The notes under the pieces were generated by a model that made no database searches, was not told the DNA's origin, and worked only from the letters and a program-made list of their open reading frames with translations. A program made the position numbers and the translations under genes. From assembly GCA_965218295.1 (NCBI GenBank), contig CBDCKN010000013.1, positions 544,001 through 608,000 on the forward strand: DNA of 64,000 bases, given 5' to 3'. The stretch is from Longimicrobiales bacterium (lineage in GTDB: Bacteria; Gemmatimonadota; Gemmatimonadetes; Longimicrobiales; Gaopeijiaceae). Below, piece by piece: positions 58,570 to 64,000 of this stretch (the first letter of the stretch is position 1; every line of letters starts with the position of its first letter).

Positions 58570-59026
58570 CCTGGATCCCAAGATCCACCACAACAACCTG
58601 ATCCAGTCGATCCTCGCGAAGATCGAAGCCAATCACGCCGGAGCCGACCATGCCCTGATGCTCGACAGGAGCGGCTTCATCGCCGAGGCCCACGGCACCC
58701 ACGTGTTCTTCGTGAGGCGCGACAAGGTGTTCACCGGCACCACCGAAGCATGGCCGAAGGGGATCACGCGGCAGACGGTGCTGGACCTCTGTGCGGCCAA
58801 CGGGATCGAGCACGAGGTTGGGAGGGTCTCTCTCACTGAAGCCTACGCCGTAGACGAGATGTTCTGTACAGGAACCATGGGAGGGCTGGTGGCGGTTACG
58901 ACGTTGGACGGGCGGACCATTGGCAGCGGGGCGATCGGACCCATGACGAAGCTGCTCTCGGAACTGTATGCCCAGGAGACTGCCTCGAGCGGGTATCAGA
59001 TTCTCACCCCGCAACCCCAGGGCTAG
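58570..59026 (+). pseudogene. C-terminal part of a class IV aminotransferase (IlvE/ADCL-like)
   Basis: LDPKIHHNNL..SILAK, ALMLD..G.IAE, GITR, DEMFCTGT; no N-terminal domain or start. Confidence 0.8.
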
Positions 59027-59033
59027 CGCGACG

Positions 59034-59495
59034 ATGGGAGCGCCTGAAGCCCCCCGCCGAGTCTACCCCCCGGTGTACTTCCTGGCGGCACTCATGGCGA
59101 TCGCCGGCCTGCACTTTCTTCTGCCCGAGCTTCGCTGGCTCGAGCGTCCGGCCACATACGCCGGCGGGCTCTTCGTCCTCGTCGGCCTCATTCTCGCTCT
59201 CGTCTCCTCGGAGCTCTTCCGGCGGAGTGGGACGACCATAAAGCCCTTCGAGCCGTCGACGGCCCTGGTCACCAGCGGTCCGTTTCGCCTGTCGCGAAAC
59301 CCCATGTACCTGGGAATGGTCCTCGTGCTCTTCGGGTGCGCCATACTCCTGGGCACGGTATGGCCCCTCCCCGTCATCCCGCTTTTCATCTGGCTGATCA
59401 CGAGCCGGTTCATCGTCCACGAAGAGCAGATGATGGAGCAGGTGTTCGGCGACGACTACCGAGAGTACCGACAGCGGACGCGTCGCTGGATTTGA
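59034..59495 (+). CDS. Isoprenylcysteine carboxylmethyltransferase/PEMT family protein
   Basis: LVTSGPFRLSRNPMYLG, EE...FG..Y..Y...TRRWI. Confidence 0.9.
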   Translation: MGAPEAPRRVYPPVYFLAALMAIAGLHFLLPELRWLERPATYAGGLFVLVGLILALVSSELFRRSGTTIKPFEPSTALVTSGPFRLSRNPMYLGMVLVLFGCAILLGTVWPLPVIPLFIWLITSRFIVHEEQMMEQVFGDDYREYRQRTRRWI

Positions 59496-59718
59496 GGCAA
59501 ATGATCAACGCCGGTCTCGTAGCCATTGCGTCGCCTTCGTCACGTCCTGGCTGGGCTGCATCGCCGGGGCGTTCGGCCGCCGGATCGATACAGATCGGAT
59601 CGTGCTGTGGCCGCACCACCCTAGGGCTTCCTTGCCATCACCCTGACGCACTCACACCTTGCCTACGAATCCAGCGGGAGGTGCGGAAGCGTCCATCCAG
59701 CTCCAGGAGGTCACCACC

Positions 59719-60279
59719 ATGGTCCCCTTGATGTCGCTCTGGATCCCCATCGTGCTCTCGGCCGTGATCGTGTTCGTCGCCAGCTCGGCCATCCACATGT
59801 TCCTGACGTACCACAAGGGTGACTTCGGTCAGGTCCCGTCGGAGGACGGGGTTCGGGAGGCGCTCCGGGGTGCCAACATCCCTCCCGGGGACTACGTCAT
59901 CCCCTACGCCGGCAGCGCAAAGGCGATGGGCAAGCCCGAGTTCCTCGAGAAAGCGACCGAGGGTACCAATGCCTTCCTGACCGTCATCCCCAACGGCGTC
60001 CCCAAGATGGGGGCGAGCCTGGCGCAGTGGTTCGTCTACTGCATCGTCGTTGGGATCTTCGCCGCCTACGTGGCAGGCCACGCCGTCGAGCCGGGGGCCG
60101 AATATCTGCCCGTGTTCCGGTACGTGGGGACCACCGCATTCGTGGGTTATGCGCTGGCACTGCCCCAGAACTCGATCTGGTACCACCGAAACTGGGGCGC
60201 GACCCTCAAGTCGATGTTCGACGGGCTGGTGTACGCACTCCTGACTGCCGGAACGTTCGGATGGCTATGGCCCTCCTGA
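59719..60279 (+). CDS. Hypothetical membrane protein
   Basis: AGGAGG RBS; 4-5 hydrophobic segments. Confidence 0.8.
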   Translation: MVPLMSLWIPIVLSAVIVFVASSAIHMFLTYHKGDFGQVPSEDGVREALRGANIPPGDYVIPYAGSAKAMGKPEFLEKATEGTNAFLTVIPNGVPKMGASLAQWFVYCIVVGIFAAYVAGHAVEPGAEYLPVFRYVGTTAFVGYALALPQNSIWYHRNWGATLKSMFDGLVYALLTAGTFGWLWPS

Positions 60280-60297
60280 GGGCTCGAAGGCCAGATA

Positions 60298-60365
60298 GAT
60301 TCTCGAGACCGAGGCGCTGCTGACCATGGTGGGGGGCGAGATCTTGTTCGCGAGAGAGCCCTATG
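60298..60365 (+). pseudogene. C-terminal remnant of an amidohydrolase
   Basis: ILETEALLTMVGGEILFAR. Confidence 0.45.
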
Positions 60366-60416
60366 CCTCCACGTCGGAGGGCGAATCCGAGCCGGCCCGC
60401 CGAGCGGGACTCCGGA

Positions 60417-61256
60417 TCACGCCGGGCGCTCTCCCTCGATGGTGACGCGGTATCCGGATCGGGTCTGGGGCCAGTAGTCCCAGATAGCCAGGTGCTGAGT
60501 CCAGCGGTTGTCCCAGAAGGCGATGGAGTGGGGCTCCCACCGAAAGCGGCACTGGAACTCTCCCCGTTGGACGTGCCGGAAGAGGAATTCGAGGATCGCG
60601 TCGCTCTCGGCTTTGGGCAGGTCAACGAGGTGCGTGGTGAAGAGCTCGTTGACGAATAGGGCCTTCCTCCCGGTCACGGGATGGGATCGGACTACAGGGT
60701 GCTCGGCCTTGGAGTACTCGCGCCCTCCTTCGTCACGACCGATGATCGCGTTCACCTCCCGATAGTACGGTCCGCCGTCGTGAATCGCCGTCAACCCCTG
60801 CAAGAGGCTCTTCATGGGTCCGGAGAGGGCGTCGTACGCCGCGTACATGCTGGCGAAGAGCGTGTCGCCCCCCGAGTCCGGCACCGTGAATAGGCGGAGG
60901 ATCGAGCCCAGAGGTGGCTCTTCAGTACAGGACACATCGGAGTGCCAGCGCTCCCCCGTCACTCGTTTGGACGACTCGTCGGAGTGGATGATCATGACCT
61001 CGGGATGTCCGTCGAGCCCGGGGTCGTTGGGATGCACGACCAGCTCTCCGAACCACTTTCCCAGCATCTTCTGGTGCTCCACCGTGATTTCCTGGTCCCG
61101 GAAAAAGATCACCTGATGAGCCGTGAGCGCGTCCTGAATCTCCTGGACGGTGACCTCGTCCAGCGGCTCGTCGAGGTGCACGCCTTCGATCTCGGCCCCG
61201 ATGACCGGTGTGACGGGACGGACCGAGATGCGTTCGTAAGTGGTCCCTTCGCTCAT
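60417..61256 (-). CDS. TauD/TfdA-family 2-oxoglutarate/Fe(II) dioxygenase
   Basis: IGAEI, WHSD, GGDTLFA, HPVVRSHP, WDNR.TQH. Confidence 0.93.
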   Translation of the reverse strand: MSEGTTYERISVRPVTPVIGAEIEGVHLDEPLDEVTVQEIQDALTAHQVIFFRDQEITVEHQKMLGKWFGELVVHPNDPGLDGHPEVMIIHSDESSKRVTGERWHSDVSCTEEPPLGSILRLFTVPDSGGDTLFASMYAAYDALSGPMKSLLQGLTAIHDGGPYYREVNAIIGRDEGGREYSKAEHPVVRSHPVTGRKALFVNELFTTHLVDLPKAESDAILEFLFRHVQRGEFQCRFRWEPHSIAFWDNRWTQHLAIWDYWPQTRSGYRVTIEGERPA

Positions 61257-61483
61257 GGCTCCGAGCCCTCGGCAACCCTGCCTGTGTGGCGATCATAGAC
61301 CGGCCTGCCGTCGGCGTCGGCGAGGCTCCAGCTCGTCCGGTGAACCAGTCGCACGATAGTCTCCGTCTTGCCGTACTCGATCCGATCGGGTGTGAGGACC
61401 GTGCCGTTAACTAAGAGATCGATGCGTCCGTCGTGATCGAAAAAAAGCGCATGCGTCGTAACGGGCGTCGATGTCGAGCCCAA
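61253..61483 (-). pseudogene. Chimeric remnant (FG-GAP-like piece plus M28-peptidase-like C-terminus)
   Basis: FDHDGRIDLLVNG followed by TPDRIEYGKTETIVRLV...LADADGRP. Confidence 0.4.
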
Positions 61484-61501
61484 GCCGGGCCAAGCGTCAC
61501 G

Positions 61502-62350
61502 CTAGTTGCCCTTCGCGCTCACGACCCGGTTCCTGAGCACGCCCACTCCCTCGATCTCCACTTCCACGACGTCCCCGTCCTCCAGGGCACGAGTCGTCTG
61601 GGGCGTGCCCGTGAAAATGAGGTCGCCGGGCTCCAAGGTGATGTAGCGGCTGATGTAGCTCACGATGGCCGAGGCGTCGAAAATGAGGTCGCTGGATCGC
61701 TCCGACTGGCGTACCTCGCCATTGACACGGGTCTGGACCAGCAGGTCGTCCGGATTGAGCCCGACGGTGACCGCCGGCCCAACCGGCCCGAACGTGTCGG
61801 ACGCTTTGGCGCGGAACCACTGGAGGTCGGCGCCCTGCCAGTCCCTCTCACTGACGTCGTTTCCTCCGGTGACGCCGAAGACGTAGTCGAGGGCCTCGCT
61901 CTCGGACACGTTCTTCGCGCGCTTGCCGATCACCAGGACCAGCTCACCCTCGTAGTGGAGGTTGCTGGCTCCCTCGGGCCGGACGATGTCGGCTTCGTGC
62001 CCCACGAGAGAGGTGGGATACTTGGCGAAGAGTCCCGGATACGCGGCCGGCTGGCGATCCCCGATATGGCTGCGGTAGTTCAGCCCCACGGCGATGACCT
62101 TCTGAGGCTCGGAGGGGGGCAACAGCTTCACGGCCGACAGATCCACCATGGTCTCCGTGAGGGTGTGCTCGCCGTAGAGATTGCCCTCGAGCCTCTGAAT
62201 GCGGTCACCGTCCAGCACCCCGTAGGAAATGCGGCCCTGATACTCGTAGCGGACGAAGGAGACGGGGCCGTCGTGGTCCTGGGCGTCAGTTCCTGGCCGG
62301 CCGGATACTGCGGCGAGGGTGACGGCGATAAGCGGGGTGACCGTGCGCAT
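61502..62350 (-). CDS. Fumarylacetoacetate hydrolase family protein with a signal-like N-terminus
   Basis: VGLNY..H, HYEGEL, NDVSERDWQ, KASDTF, PGDLIFTGTP; AAGGAGG RBS. Confidence 0.92.
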   Translation of the reverse strand: MRTVTPLIAVTLAAVSGRPGTDAQDHDGPVSFVRYEYQGRISYGVLDGDRIQRLEGNLYGEHTLTETMVDLSAVKLLPPSEPQKVIAVGLNYRSHIGDRQPAAYPGLFAKYPTSLVGHEADIVRPEGASNLHYEGELVLVIGKRAKNVSESEALDYVFGVTGGNDVSERDWQGADLQWFRAKASDTFGPVGPAVTVGLNPDDLLVQTRVNGEVRQSERSSDLIFDASAIVSYISRYITLEPGDLIFTGTPQTTRALEDGDVVEVEIEGVGVLRNRVVSAKGN

Positions 62351-62459
62351 GGGATCCCTCCTTATTGAGGCACTCAGTGATGCTGGGACCGAAGAGGGAG
62401 CGGGGCAAGGCCACTGCGAGTCCCCCCGGCCCGTGGAACTCGCCGGGGTATGCACACGT

Positions 62460-63389
62460 ATGCGCTCCCCTCATGCCGACCCGGCCCTGTGGAAGCTGAC
62501 GCTGGCCTTCGCCTCGGTCTACTTCATATGGGGCTCCACCTATCTCGCCATCCGCTTTGCCATCGAGACCCTCCCGCCGTTTTCCATGGCGGCGGTTCGG
62601 TTTCTCGTGGCCGGCGCGATCCTCTACGCTTTCGCTCGGCGACGGGCCGAGCGTCCCGATGGGCGCCACTGGCTCTCGGCGGCCGTCGTGGGCGCGCTCC
62701 TGCTTGGGGGCGGAAACGGGGGAGTAGTGTGGGCCGAGCAATGGGTGCCTTCCGGACTGGCTGCCCTGATCATTGCCACCGTGCCCCTTTGGATGGTGCT
62801 CATCGATTGGCTTTCTGGAGGGGGCCCCCGCCCCTCCAGCGCGTTGATGGCGGGGCTCCTGTGGGGTCTCCTGGGTGTGGGCCTCCTGGTCACCTCGGAC
62901 CACGTGGGGGCCCAGAGTCGGGAAGGGCTCGTGGGCGGCATAGCGCTGCTCGGGGCCGCCCTGGCATGGGCTTCGGGCTCCATCTATGCGCGCCGGGCTC
63001 GGCTCCCGGCCTCCCCCTGGCTGACCACGGCCATGCAGATGCTCACCGGAGGGGCCGTCCTCGCCGTCATGGCGGTCATGGCCGGCGAGGGTGGACAGCT
63101 CGATCCCTCCAGCTTCTCCATGAAGTCCGTCCTCGCCCTTGCATACCTGATCCTCTTCGGTGCCCTGATCGGCTTCTCGGCATACATCTGGTTGCTGGGG
63201 GTGACCACACCCGCCCGGGCCACCACCTATGCGTACGTGAACCCAGCGGTGGCCGTGCTCCTGGGATGGCTGCTGGCCGGCGAGCAGCTCGATCTGAGGG
63301 CCGGGGTGGCCATGGCCATGATCCTCTCCGCCGTCGTCGTGGTCTCATTGAAGGGCGGCCGAACGAGAGCCTCTTCCCGAGTACGGTAG
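62460..63389 (+). CDS. EamA/DMT transporter (YedA-like)
   Basis: WGSTYLAIR, VPSGLAA, YAYVNP. Confidence 0.92.
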   Translation: MRSPHADPALWKLTLAFASVYFIWGSTYLAIRFAIETLPPFSMAAVRFLVAGAILYAFARRRAERPDGRHWLSAAVVGALLLGGGNGGVVWAEQWVPSGLAALIIATVPLWMVLIDWLSGGGPRPSSALMAGLLWGLLGVGLLVTSDHVGAQSREGLVGGIALLGAALAWASGSIYARRARLPASPWLTTAMQMLTGGAVLAVMAVMAGEGGQLDPSSFSMKSVLALAYLILFGALIGFSAYIWLLGVTTPARATTYAYVNPAVAVLLGWLLAGEQLDLRAGVAMAMILSAVVVVSLKGGRTRASSRVR

Positions 63390-63491
63390 CGTCCGGAGGA
63401 GCCAACCCACCTCGCTTGCGGCCACCCGCGCTGTCGCACAGGATACCTGCGCGTCGCTGGCTTACGTCCAGCGAGCCGGAGGGACAGCGCC

Positions 63492-64000
63492 GTGAGGGAC
63501 CCAGAGGCCTTCGACTTCGAAGGTGACTACGGTGAGGGCTACAGCTTCATCGCCGAGACCGTCATTCCAGGCTACGACCAGGTCTTCGAAGCGGTGCGCG
63601 CCCTTCTCCACACCCACCTCGACTCCGAGGGGCACGTCCTCGTGGTCGGCTGCGGCACAGGCAAGGAGATCGAGCATCTGACCCCGCCTCGGTCTGGGTG
63701 GCGCTTCACCGCCGTCGACCCCAGCACCAAGATGATCGAGGCCACCCGGAGCGTGGTTGCGCAGTTGGGCGTCGAGGAGCGCGTCCGTCTCCACCACGGC
63801 CACGTTTACGATCTCCCCATGAGGCCCGAGTTCGACGCCGCGACGGTCATCAACGTCATGCACTTCCTCCCGGACGACGGTGCCAAACAAGAGCTGCTTA
63901 CGAGCGTGGCCGAGCGCGTGCGGCCGGAAGGTCCGGTGGTGCTCTTCGATCTTCACGGTGACCCTGACTCGGCGGCCTTCGCGACGCTGTGGTCGGCGTG
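63492..64000 (+). CDS. Class I SAM-dependent methyltransferase, 3' end off the window
   Basis: Manual translation (not in ORF track): VIPGYD, VLVVGCGTGKE, AVDPS..M, FDAAT...VMHFLPDDGAK. Confidence 0.85.
   Translation, partial: MRDPEAFDFEGDYGEGYSFIAETVIPGYDQVFEAVRALLHTHLDSEGHVLVVGCGTGKEIEHLTPPRSGWRFTAVDPSTKMIEATRSVVAQLGVEERVRLHHGHVYDLPMRPEFDAATVINVMHFLPDDGAKQELLTSVAERVRPEGPVVLFDLHGDPDSAAFATLWSA

Noticed and set aside
16662..63961. Numerous long overlapping Arg/Pro/Gly-rich ORFs in the track
   Set aside because: Expected stop-poor alternative frames of high-GC genes; no motifs or RBS

Overview
High-GC bacterial window. Gene content suggests Gemmatimonadota, but this is inference only. Bases 1-13.3 kb are a mobile, accessory zone. 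It holds a collagen-stalk trypsin-like lipoprotein missed by the ORF track and a nested IS pile-up (IS256 remnant, two IS3-family pieces, IS21). It also holds two complete IS256 elements with 8-bp target duplications, one splitting a cupredoxin gene and one splitting an integron attC site, two convergent integron-type cassettes with no integrase in view, and an IS3 element whose right end is duplicated in tandem. Bases 13.4-64 kb are mostly housekeeping or metabolic: PhoU/Na-Pi, dodecin, a GldAFG-like ABC module, MocR-DinB-GNAT, an M42 peptidase pair, a GMC/TPP operon, greA, purE, acyl-CoA oxidase, tyrS, menF-D-B-A-E, lutABC, TauD, FAH and EamA. This part is riddled with frameshifts, nonsense codons and deletion scars, pointing to ongoing genome erosion, possibly with some homopolymer sequencing error. 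The best leads are (1) a SAM methyltransferase with an in-frame Cys-UGA followed by a SECIS-like hairpin (candidate selenoprotein), (2) a stand-alone ~290-nt structured transcript carrying a perfect 13-nt Shine-Dalgarno and a 20-aa ORF, and (3) the decayed attC cassette pair. No rRNA, tRNA or CRISPR array was seen. All family assignments come from motif recognition by eye; no searches were run.
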